Below, in pieces: positions 1 to 11,800 of a DNA stretch of 64,000 bases. Position 1 is the first letter of the stretch, and every line of letters starts with the position of its first letter. Below the pieces are notes generated by a model, which saw only the letters and a list, made by a program, of their open reading frames with translations, was not told where the DNA came from and searched no databases. The DNA is from Tubiluchus corallicola. Its lineage: Eukaryota > Animalia > Priapulida. The stretch is from assembly GCA_030141605.1 (NCBI GenBank), contig JAQGDQ010000877.1:1-64000 (forward strand), read 5' to 3'. The position numbers were made by a program, and so were the translations under genes.

Positions 1-469
1 ATTAGCAAACATTTTTGACTTGGCTTGCAACAAACGACTAAAGTTGTGAAAACAACTGTGAAAACTGCATACAGACAACGTGTAAAACAATGTAGGAAAG
101 ACAAGAAATCTTCTACCACGGCCCACTTGCACCAGTTAAAATTTAGCACGCTTCGATTTCTTGTATGACTTGCGCAAAAATGTTAATGCAAGCGTACGTG
201 TTTTGCAGATTTGTTTGTGTAGATATTTTGTCACGTTATTAGTGGTTTAATATCTTATGCAAGATGTGAATGATATAACTTCTGAGACTTACTCATTATT
301 AGGTTGTGCAATGTTATGCATAGTAATTACTGTACAGTGTAATACATTTTTGTATGGCGATGTAATTCATATTCCCATAATGTGTACTGTAGTATGATGT
401 GTGACTGTCTTACTAGTAAAAAAGTAGTAACCACAACTGATTATTGAAAAGCTTATTTTTATTTTACAG

Positions 470-534
470 GTGCACACACGGAATCTCGGTTTCGGCTTGA
501 CATCAATCTTACTGTTACTTAGTTTATGAAACAA
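470..534 (+). other. Putative upstream exon ending in ATG AAA CAA (M-K-Q); either a 5' UTR exon of the G6PC-like gene or the first coding exon of TYW1
   Basis: Acceptor ttattttacag ends at 469 and donor caa|gtgagg starts at 535. All three frames read through from the acceptor hit a stop; the only ATG is at 526, ending in phase 0 at the donor. Confidence 0.45.
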
Positions 535-706
535 GTGAGGAATACGTTTTGTAGCGTTTCATTTATCACTGTTGCTTGCGTGGGCAAGACCACACATTTT
601 AGAATCATTTGTATTTTTGTCACATTACTGTGTGCAGTCTCAGTTGTTACTTATAACATTTTACAGCAGTCATATTACCCTGCCATCTTTTTGTTCCAAC
701 GGCAAC

Positions 707-960
707 ATGGATTCTCTTTATGTATCTGGTCTGAACTTCATCATCTTTTTGCAAAGCGTCTTGTTCCGAGGAGCGAAATGGGCGCACTATATGCTTGCGA
801 TGTCACACCTTGGCGATCCACGAAACGCCTTTATCATTTACTTTCCCATAACCTACTGCATCGACAAGACGCTAGGCAGACGTGTACTCTGGGCTGCAGC
901 TCTCTCTGAATGGGTGAACTCAATTTTAAAGTGGTTTCTGCACGACGACCGCCCTTACTG
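707..960 (+). CDS. G6PC: Glucose-6-phosphatase (G6PC family, PAP2 superfamily) first coding exon only; no downstream exons found
   Basis: MDSLYVSGLNFIIFLQ...SHLGDPRNAFIIYFP...VLWAAALSEWVNSILKWFLHDDRPYW matches the G6PC N-terminus, including phosphatase motif 1 KxxxxxxRP. Acceptor at 666, probable donor tg|gtgtat at 961. The following CETGPGSPSGH motif was not seen in the window. Confidence 0.8.
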
Positions 961-1099
961 GTGTATAAGAATTTCCATGTCGAGACAAATAAACATAGCA
1001 GCTAGTCTAGCATGCATTAGTCACTGTTATAATTAGCAACCAACAAGTCGCTAATGATTGGCCTACTGCTGAATATGTCGATAGACAGTTACATGATGT

Positions 1100-1710
1100 T
1101 TTCCTTTAATACCTTGATGATCTGAAGCATCAGTGTCCTTTAGAAGTAGAGAATTTATCAAAAGATTTTAGAGACCTACAAGGCAAATTTAAGTCTCCGA
1201 AAATTCCTCAGCATCACATGAATCAGTGTAAAGAGTGGTTAGATATTACAAGATTAAGAGATAAGGATAAAACCCTGTGAGAAAACATTAATTAGTCGGG
1301 TGAGATGAGTAAGAAAAAACCTGCAAACGGCTCAAGTGTTGCTGAACTTGCTGATCATTTTAGTAAACTATACTCATTACACGAAGTAGACTCAGTGATT
1401 TGGCACAGAACAACAATTTGCCATACTACCCTATCCTAGATGATCCAATTATATTAATTGAAATGGGCAACGTAGTGAACAAAATAATAAAAGCAGATCT
1501 AGATTTTTCTGTAAGCTTACCGAAAAGTTCATATCGTGTGCTGTAGCCAATATTGTTAGTTTTAGTGAACCTAATCCTTTATTCTTTTATATAAAGTGCC
1601 CACTAAATATGACTTGCTCTCTACTCACAGCAGTCTTAAATGGGGTGATCTATCGCTGCCTCCGAATTATAGAGGCATACAAATGTCACTACTAGCAAGC
1701 ATCTGCGACA
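1100..1710 (+). mobile_element. Degenerate non-LTR retrotransposon (LINE ORF2) fragment
   Basis: Frameshifted remnants PILDDPI (~1430-1450) and K-x-GDLSLPPNYRGIQM (~1638-1685) resemble the KKGD...NYRGI motif upstream of LINE reverse transcriptase. Boundaries approximate. Confidence 0.6.
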
Positions 1711-2235
1711 CAAGGATGACACCTGGTGACATGGCAAAATGCTGACACATCGACAGACAGCTGAATTTCTTTCATTTATGCCAGACTTGCATGTAGATTG
1801 GTGAATCTGTAATCGCTCACTGTTTCAAACTATATAATATCTTGCAGGAATGTAGCAGTAAAAATGAGACAATAAATAATACTTGTGAAATATGGAAGAC
1901 AGTTTTTTTTTGAAAAAGTCATGAAACCATCAGACATATTCCTTAACCGTCTGTTCATTGTAGAAATTTCTATACATGTACGAATTTCATTGCTCAGATA
2001 TATGTAATATAGGTAATGATATGTTAACTATAGGTAATTAAGTATACCATGTCAATAACAGTTGAGATAATGAATCGCTAATGAAAGCATCAATTAACAA
2101 GCTTCCTGTGATCAACAATTATCAATTCAGATGACATAGTGTCATTTAATTCAACAAAATGCTTGAGAATTGCTACTAAACTTCTCTAATGTTCGACTGT
2201 TAAGTACTGAATTATAACTATTTTCAACATTTCAG

Positions 2236-2815
2236 TTTGTTCAGTCGTCTCAGAACGACAAAAATGCTGTCCAGGGCAATGAAGCACTCTCGATTAAGAT
2301 TTTCTACTCCACGCAGAGCGGGACAGCAAAGGTATGTCTTCATTTCTGGGCTTCATTTAGTAGTCACACTTGTACAACCAGGTTCGAATACTAGTCGACT
2401 CACGGTTTTTCAGAGACCTTCTCCTAAATTTAACTGTTGATTATTTAAAGCTGGGCTTGTCTGGGTCAGTATTTCAGCCATCATGAACAATGATGATGAT
2501 GATGATGATGACGATGACAGTGTTGCAATAATTGCCTATTTCATGCCGTCCTTTTGTGTTCAAGCTGTAAATGAACAAGTAAATAGCTAATCTTGCACGC
2601 AAATCATTCTTTTCTGTAAGCATGATTAATTTTCTTTCAACTTACTTACTAAGTGGGGAAGTGTATCTTATTCTTTAATTGTAACTGATCGTAAAGTTCA
2701 ATAGAAAAAAGAAAGCAATTTCACATTTATATTTGCGAAATATTAGGACTAGTGATAATTTTCTATTTGAGTAAAAAGTAATAATCTATACTCTTATATT
2801 AATATTCTTGGTATG

Positions 2816-2858
<43 letters not shown>

Positions 2859-5800
2859 GAGGCTACAGCCCGGACGAGGGCACCATTTGCGGCGATCTAT
2901 ATATCAAACGAAAGGTCTCGATCTAGTGTCGTGCCATTGATGGTTTATTTTTCGAATTGGGCCCACCGGGAGGAACGAGGGGCGAAAAACCTCCAAAAAT
3001 GGCCCTTTTTCGGCCGTTTTTTGCAAAAGTTATATGGCTGAGATGTAGAGAACAGGAACGGGCCGAGGGGGGTGCTGGGTTTGGATAGATAGCCCGTTCA
3101 GCGGTGGGTGTAGTATATAATATTAATACAAGTAACAATATTATTAATAATAATATTATTATTATTATAATTATTGTTATTGTTATTGTTATTGTTATTA
3201 TTATTAGTATTATTTTTATTTTTTTATATGTTAGAGATTAGCCCATGATCTGAAAACAACACTGACTGCCTATGACTTACATTCTCATGTAGTTCATCTC
3301 AAACAGTATGATCCTGATGAACAGCTGTTAGAAGAGGTACCTTTGCTATTTGTTTTTACTTTAACCTGCTGCATTTTTTCGATGTTCTCGTAGGCTTTTT
3401 TAATTTTAAGTTAGTCTTGTTTTTTGTCTGATGTAAAATAAATACACTATTTACTGTAAATGTTAATTTTTTGCTTTATAATATTCTTTTGATGTTAGAA
3501 TTAATGTTTTTAATATATTTTTATACATTTTGTGATTTTTTATGCAAAATTCATCAAAGCTATACATTACTGAACAATACGTACTACGCATGTGCAAAAG
3601 TATGTGATAAACGAACCGCGAAGTAGCGAGGGAACACTGTAGGCCTATAATGATATGTAAATAAGGGGTATCAAAAGTAACTACAAAAAATTAATTTAAT
3701 CTTATTTTTCAGTGTGTTTCAAATACTGTGTGTATTTTCATCTTATCCACATACACGGATGCTGCTCCGCCTGATGACGCGAAATGGTTTTATAAGTGGA
3801 TCAGGGAAGTTTCGTCGGATTTCCGTGTGAGCAAGAAATTACTATCCGGCTTGAGATACACGGTGTTTGGCCTCGGAGATTCTGCTTACGGCAAAAACTA
3901 CAACTTGGTGTGTATGTAATAAAATTCTGAGTCTGAAATATTCAGATCTGTTGCATTCCACCATGCATCTAGATGTTTGTTTGACAGTTCATTGTGAGTT
4001 CCACCGTGCATCTAGGTGTTTGTTTGACAGTTCATTGTGAGTGAGTTCCACCGTGCATCTAGGTGTTTGTTTGACAGTTCATTGTGAGTGAGTTCCACCG
4101 TGCATCTAGGTGTTTGTTTGACAGTTCATTGTGAGTGAGTTCCACCGTGCATCTAGGTGTTTGTTTGACAGTTCATTGTGAGTGAGTTCCACCGTGCATC
4201 TAGGTGTTTGTTTGACAGTTCATTGTGAGTGAGTTCCACCGTGCATCTAGGTGTTTGTTTGACAGTTCATTGTGAGTGAGTTCCACCGTGCATCTAGGTG
4301 TTTGTTTGACAGTTCATTGTGAGTGAGTTCCACCGTGCATCTAGGTGTTTGTTTGACAGTTCATTGTGAGTGAGTTCCACCGTGCATCTAGGTGTTTGTT
4401 TGACAGTTCATTGTGAGTGAGTTCCACCGTGCATCTAGGTGTTTGTTTGACAGTTCATTGTGAGTGAGTTCCACCGTGCATCTAGGTGTTTGTTTGACAG
4501 TTCATTGTGAGTGAGTTCCACCGTGCATCTAGGTGTTTGTTTGACAGTTCATTGTGAGTGAGTTCCACCGTGCATCTAGGTGTTTGTTTGACAGTTCATT
4601 GTGAGTCACGTGCATCTAGGTGTTTGTTTGACAGTTCATTGTGAGTGAGTTCCACCGTGCATCTAGGTGTTTGTTTGACAGTTCATTGTGAGGAGTTCCA
4701 CCGTGCATCTAGGTGTTTGTTTGACAGTTCATTGTGAGTGAGTTCCACCGTGCATCTAGGTGTTTGTTTGACAGTTCATTGTGAGTGAGTTCCACCGTGC
4801 ATCTAGGTGTTTGTTTGACAGTTCATTGTGAGTGAGTTCCACCGTGCATCTAGGTGTTTGTTTGACAGTTCATTGTGAGTGAGTTCCACCGTGCATCTAG
4901 GTGTTTGTTTGACAGTTCATTGTGAGTGAGTTCCACCGTGCATCTAGGTGTTTGTTTGACAGTTCATTGTAAGTGAGTTCCACCGTGCATCTAGGTGTTT
5001 GTTTGACAGTTCATTGTGAGTGAGTTCCACCGTGCATCTAGGTGTTTGTTTGACAGTTTATTGTGAGTTCCACTGTGCATCTAGGTGTTTGTTTGACAGT
5101 TCATTGTGAGTGAGTTCCACCGTGCATCTAGGTGTTTGTTTGACAGTTCATTGTGAGTGAGTTCCACCGTGCATCTAGGTGTTTGTTTGACAGTTCATTG
5201 TGAGTGAGTTCCACCGTGCATCTAGGTGTTTGTTTGACAGTTCATTGTGAGTGAGTTCCACCGTGCATCTAGGTGTTTGTTTGACAGTTCATTGTGAGTG
5301 AGTTCCACCGTGCATCTAGGTGTTTGTTTGACAGTTTATTGTGAGTTCCACTGTGCATCTAGGTGTTTGTTTGACAGTTCATTGTGAGTGAGTGATGTAT
5401 ATAGTGAGTGGCAGTTCATATATAAGTGAACATATCTTTATCGCAGGATGTGTTAAGATTTTAAAGGCATTTTAAAGTTAGGCTCAACTAACTCATTTGT
5501 ACTTGAATATCTCAATCCACTATATGCGATTGACGAAAACAATTTTAGTAACGAGGCACAGCGTGCGAAAGTTTTGTGGTGTCTCAAGCCGTGCTTGAAT
5601 TCTACAGCGAGGTTAAATTTGCAGATTTTTAATCATTCCTGCTTTTTAAATGTCTCGTTGTCAGCAATGCATTGTGCTGCTCAAAAGGGTGAATATTTTT
5701 ACATTTTGCAAATTATAAAATTGTAAAGTAATGGTTAATACATACCGTATTTATCCGAGTATAGCGTGCACACGTGTATAACGCGCACCCCTAATTTTCC

Positions 5801-8800
5801 ATCAAAAATCGGTATGAAATTTTGTTTTACTTTTTCTCGGCTCAAACCAAGCATTGTAAGTGACAAATGTTGTTGAACACGTGCGTTGTTGAGCAACTCC
5901 AGTCTCTAACATTCGTCTCTGGTGCAGTGAATTCTTGGCTAGCTGCTCGATTTCTGCGGGCCAGGCACCGCCTGACAAAGTCTGCTGATGACGCTTATTG
6001 ATTATTTCCTTAGCTAGGCCTGGCCTCTGCAGCGAGTGTTCGGCATAGACGTTTTGAGGGTCGAGAGATGTGGCTGCATTCAATGTTTTGCGATTGTGGT
6101 CAGCGATATCTTCGACTAATGAGTCATTGCACAAATAATATATAGATTCATCCAAGCGTGTCACCCAACCCTCGTTTATAACGCGCACCCAAACTTTGAG
6201 TTGTTTTTCAGGTAGAAAATTTTCGCCTTATACTAGAATAAATATGGTAGGTGTGACCGACGAGAAAAGAACCGCATACAGGGCAGACCAGACAGTTTAG
6301 CCTTGTGGTAAATCTACTTTTGATCTGGGTGGTCGTAAGTTCAATACAACGGCCGGGTCATACCACAGACTTTCAAAATCGTACCTGTTGTTGCTCAGCC
6401 TGACGCGTGGTATTTAGGGTAAAAGTGGGGTAATAATAGTCTCTATTATGTAGTTGTAGGATGTTATTTACAGTCGGCAATAATGGCTCTTTGAGTTAAT
6501 GTTATTTGTTCACCCACCCTTAAGCCGACTTGAAATAAATATTGTTGTTGTTGTTGTTGCTGTTGTTGTTGTTGTCATTGCTGTTGTTGTTGTTGTTGTC
6601 GTTATCGTTGTCATTATTATTATTATTTTTGTTGTTGTTGTTGTTGTTGTTATTATTAGGATAGATGAAAGTTTGCTGGCTTTGGTCATTAGTGGCTTTT
6701 CTCTGTTAAATGGGTAACAGGAAATAAATGTTCGCTTTTGACTTTGCCCACTATCATACCTATTTAATGAGTGTTCACCCGCTCTCAATTTAGGTAATGT
6801 TGTGTCATCTAATAACTTTGTTTAAATTAATTTTTGTTTTTAGGTTGCTAAGACAGTTGATGAGTGTTTACACAAATTAGCCGGACAGCGTGTGTCATCC
6901 TTGGGTTTAGGCGATGCTAGTGCAGCCGTAAATACTTGCCAAGGTAAAGTTTGTGCCGTGAATTTATGTCACGCATTGAAAGTGAGTGTAGCAGCTCAAA
7001 ATGCATGTAAGATTGACAAATTGACTCCTTCTAGGAATGTCAGTGATAAAAATATCGCAAAAAGTTATGGGAAATATAGGAAAAGTCTGTATGAGAAGCG
7101 GTAGCAAAACAATAATTATAGCCAAACTGACTACATTAAGGAATCAATGATGTATTGTTATTACTATCATTTCTATTTAAATTTCAGTTCAAAATTGCTT
7201 TGAAAATTTAGCTCCTTCAAGAGTAAACTCTGGAGAATTATAAATGTAGATTGCTGCACCTGTGTTAGCCATTTGTCCACATCTGACATTACGCACTCTT
7301 ATCAGTTTAGCCTTTTACGTGTTTTCAGATCCCAAAATTGTAGCCAGAAATGACCAAGAAAAACAAGGTTCACATTTTTTCCCCATTTTACTTTCTCAAG
7401 TTTGAAAAAAGCATCAGTTAAATGGTTAAAGATGGGGACAAGCGGTTTAACTTATTATACTTTCAGAATCTTGCTGCGTTTTTGTAGTAAATCATGCAAG
7501 AAACCCGCCACACGTGAAGCCATTCTGACCCTCGTTTTTGATGCAGCTAAACAATTTTCAAGAGTCGTTGTATTTATTTCTTTTTAGGAATTGAAGAAGA
7601 TTTTAAAAAGTGGAAGAATATTCTTGTTGAAAATATTCTAATTTTGGCTGATAAATCAACGTTAAGAAGTGGCACAGATGCAAAAGAAGATGACTTCGAC
7701 ACCAAACTTGGTAGTGATAGTGCTGGAGGTGGTGATAGAGGAGACATTGTTGATCCTGCAGATTCCGATGAAGTAAGCATTAAATTTTCATGCTACAAAG
7801 TTGTTTAAAAGCTCTTGTCCCACATATTAGTCTTGAAAGGTAATTTGTCTTATATCGTCTTTGTAGAGTCAGAAAATTTATCACATGTGAGACAGCTGTG
7901 CGACTTCGCCACAAAACTGCATGGTCCGTGAAAATCAACTAAGTCGCCTAAAAAATTAAAACCACTGACAGCAGTAAAACACTTGATAGTTATTTTTTGA
8001 ATGGCAGCCAATTTACCAACTTTTGTTGCTATGCAAAAAAGTGCTCATATTAATAGTGCCCTACTTTTTGATACATTATTGCAGTCTGAATATTTTCTGA
8101 GGTTTTTTACCAGTTTTCGTTCGAACACAAACCAAACATATTCTGTCTGTATACCAGATGCTGTCACAGGCCGTATTACTTTCTTGAAATTTGTTGGGGT
8201 TAAACCCATTTAAATTAATTCAGTCCTCGGTTAGCCTGTTCATTAGAATATTGGAATAATAGGACAAACCATTAAAGTTGCTTAAATGACTAAGAAGTTT
8301 GTTTTCTACTACCCCAAGCTTTTCAATCTATACTCTTATATTAATATTCTTGGTATATATATATATAAGATTCGAGGCTACAGCTCCGACGAGGGCACCA
8401 TTTGCGGCGATCTATACATCAAACGAAAGGTCTCGATCTAGTGTCGTGCCATTGATGGTTTATTTTTCGAATCGGGCCCACCGCGAGGAAGGGGGGGCGA
8501 AAAACCTCCAAAAATGGCCCTTTTTCGGCCGTTTTTCGCAAAAGTTATACAGCTGAGATGTAGAGAACGGGAACGGGCTGAGGGGGGTGCTGGGTATGGA
8601 TAGATAGCCCGTTCAGCGGTGGGTGTCATAGGCATATTTAGAATTCGTGAGAGGGCCACGGCGTCCCGTAACGGGCGTTTTCCCGGACCCAACTCGCGAT
8701 TTTTTCGAAATTTTGACCAAACAGCCTGCGGAACAAACTTTCTAGCGGCGCCTGGTGGGACTCTCGGAAGGAGATATATGGCTCTTTAGAAAGACATAGG

Positions 8801-11800
8801 GGAAGGCTACACGATGATGTGTGCTATATTTTAGGACACGTCCACCAAGAGGAGTGCCGACGAGTTAATTAGATGTTCCATTTTTGGCAATTTTCGCTTG
8901 AAAAACTGCTGACGCAAAGCCATTGTTCTGACGTCATCCATTGTACTCTGTCTATAATCTTATAACTTTAATTCAGGAAAAGCTGCTGCTGGCTTTGCAT
9001 TAGATAAACAAATGAGGACTATGTAGGATGTTCGTGCATTGTTGATTATAAGTGGATTTATACGCAAAATTTTTTGCGGGGCCTTTGCTAGTTAAGAAAG
9101 AATGCCACTAACAATTATAAGTTGTTTCTATGAATTTTAGGAATTTTTTTTCAAAATTCCCTGCTTTTTTGTTTTAACTTTAGACCAGTACCGATGATGA
9201 CGATGATGACAATAAGATGCCAGATGATATCGTAGATGTGGAAGATATTGGAAAAGTTATTAATGGAATGAAAAGAGACAAAGTATGTGCCAGTATCTTT
9301 ATGTTAATTGATGAAAGTGATAAAATTTTCAATTTCAAACCAGTATATTCTCTATTTTTTGCTATTGTTTTCCTCGTGGTTCTTTGTGTTGTCACTGACA
9401 AATATTTTTACAGTTTGTCTGGTTGCTTGGCTATCTACAGCACTCAGTTCTTTTTTAACATTTTAATTTTAGCATTAAGAAATACAGTATGTGATTTTAA
9501 ATTAATCCATGCTGAGTTTAGCCTATTAATGCCTTGAAATTATATTTTAGTGTTCTAAAGTTGATCCTCTATAATGAGTGAATGTTTTTCTTTTATGTGA
9601 ACAGTTAAATCAGTTAATGATTTTCAAGTACAGTAAGTCCTTAACGACTCCGCGTTTAGCGACATCTTGTTTTAACGACGCTGAACATTTGACACTTTTT
9701 TTCACTTAATGACGCACTTTCGTTTTAACGCTAATTTTTTACTTTGCACTAAGTAAATTTTTATTTTATCAACAACTTTTTCACTTAATTTGATGCATTA
9801 AAATAAGTACATATTGCATTATTCTGTTCTAAAAACGCACGTAACATAAACAGTGCAATTATTATACAAGTATATGTTTTTGCTTCCTGACTGACCACCA
9901 AATGCTAGCTGTTTGGCATTTATATCAAGCAAGCAAGACCTGGCTGCAAACTTTATGCAAGGAATTTTGCCTGCAACCTGTAGAAACCAGACTAGATAAA
10001 ATTCTCAAGGTCGCCCAGCGCTTGGCTTCGATTCTGCTGCAGTGAGGGCAGTGTTTATTGTTTAACCTCTACCTACACTTAAATGTTAACGAAAGAAAAT
10101 GTGCTAGCTAGGTAAGTAAGATATATAAGTGGTTTCAAGTAAACAGAAAGAAATTAATGAGTACAAACATGAGTTAAATGAGTTAAACTCATGAAACCTT
10201 TAATTTATATGAATTAATCAGCATCGATTTTTGCCTCTAGAACGTATCTCAGCTCTTTCACATTACTTTCAATGGAAGTCTTGGCTTTGTTTAACAATGT
10301 TTTGCTTAACGTCGCATTTTGCTGGAACGAATTAACGTCGTTAAGCGAGGACTTACTGTACTTACATATTCATTACATAAATGCAATGGCAGAGCTCTTG
10401 TTTGTTTTATAGATTACTTAGCAGCATCGATTGCAACAAGATTGTAGAAAAAACTCTTTTAACCACTTTTCTAAAAAGGCACTGATAAAATTTCGTGCCT
10501 CATTAAACTTGCTAAACTAATTTATTTTATTTGAGTTTCTTTTGGCTATATTAGTAGTCAAAGTAGCAGAAGCTGTTCTGCTATAAATTGTTAGAATTGT
10601 AAGATTATGCTAAAATCTGTTATACACTTTTGTTGTGGTGCTAACTCATTTACGCATTTTGCCTCATGAAGGTGGGTGAGAAAAGTGCACCGAAGATAAG
10701 AAGCATGATTACTGATCAGCTGGAGAAATCACTGACAAAACAAGGCTACAAGCTGATTGGCTCACACTCAGGAGTGAAACTATGCAGGTGGACAAAGGTA
10801 AACCTAGGTTTTTTGTTTTTAACAAAATGTTCTTTTTAACAAAATTTTTAACAAATATTTATTAAAAATGTTTAGCAAATTGACTTTATATAACAGAAAG
10901 GTTGAATATGCAGCTGTTGTGTGTTTGCTTAAAGTCTCCCTGAAGTGCCTCTGTAGTCTAAATTTAGGTACATTTTTCCAAATCTTGTCATATCTGTCGG
11001 CTGACGATGTGCAAAATCTGTCTTCTGCGTTTTTTGTTGAATTTTAAGTTACAGTGCACTCTCTAAAATTACTGAAAATTCAGTTGTCAAACACGTAATC
11101 GTGGCTTAGAATCTTAAAGCCTTATTTGGGTTTTAAATCTTGTATGTATTCTGCAAAAAGTGTCACGTTTGATTAACGACACGTCTGATAGGAAACAACA
11201 TTTTTTTATAATATTAAAAATGAATGAGGAGCAAATCTTGATGGTTTTACAGTGTTTGAGTTTGCCAGTGTCACCATCATCGTCACCACTGTCAGTGTCA
11301 GCGTCTGTGTCTGCAGCATAAATTTGCTGATTATCTCTGCAATTATATTTGAATTTTCTGCAAGCGCGTAATATCACACGAGTTCCTTCTATCAGATTTT
11401 GAGCTTCCATACTTGCTGTGCAGTCATCAGTGTTTTTCATGTTTATCATCTCCTAACGGTGAATGTGATCAGTTATTTCAGTCAAAATTAGTTTTCAGAA
11501 TATGCTCAAACTCAAACAATCAGTACTGCAGTTATTTCAGCATTTACACATATCTGCGTCTAATTTGCATAATATCTTTTACGCACTAAATCAAAATCTT
11601 TCTCGTAACTCATCAGGGGCAAGATTTACATTATGTAAATAAAACCAGCAAAAGTAGACAGTTGATTATAACAGCTTAACTGACTGCTTCTTTTCATGAC
11701 ATTAACAACATTATTTTTTGTGTTACAAATGATATGATATTTTTATTGCAAACCGCAGTTCATTGTACAAAATACAACATCACACACTTACGCTCAAATT

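Noticed and set aside
526-670. Hydrophobic ORF segment (IICIFVTLLCAVSVVTYNIL) as the TYW1 membrane anchor
   Set aside because: It lies between a good donor (535) and acceptor (666), has no convincing phase-0 donor after it, and T-rich intron sequence translates as hydrophobic by default.
1848-1900. Candidate extra TYW1 exon (ECSSKNETINNTCEIWKT)
   Set aside because: Acceptor plausible, but the donor (gttttt) is poor and there is no homology support.
3956-5393. CRISPR array
   Set aside because: Units are contiguous with no unique spacers, no cas genes are present, and it lies in a spliceosomal intron.
6499-6788. Poly-Val and poly-Thr ORFs
   Set aside because: Translations of the (GTT)n tail of a probable SINE.
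10930-11700. Possible decayed piggyBac-like element (acidic minus-strand stretch DTDADTDSGDDDGD)
   Set aside because: No paired termini or TTAA duplication could be established and the peptide similarity is too weak.
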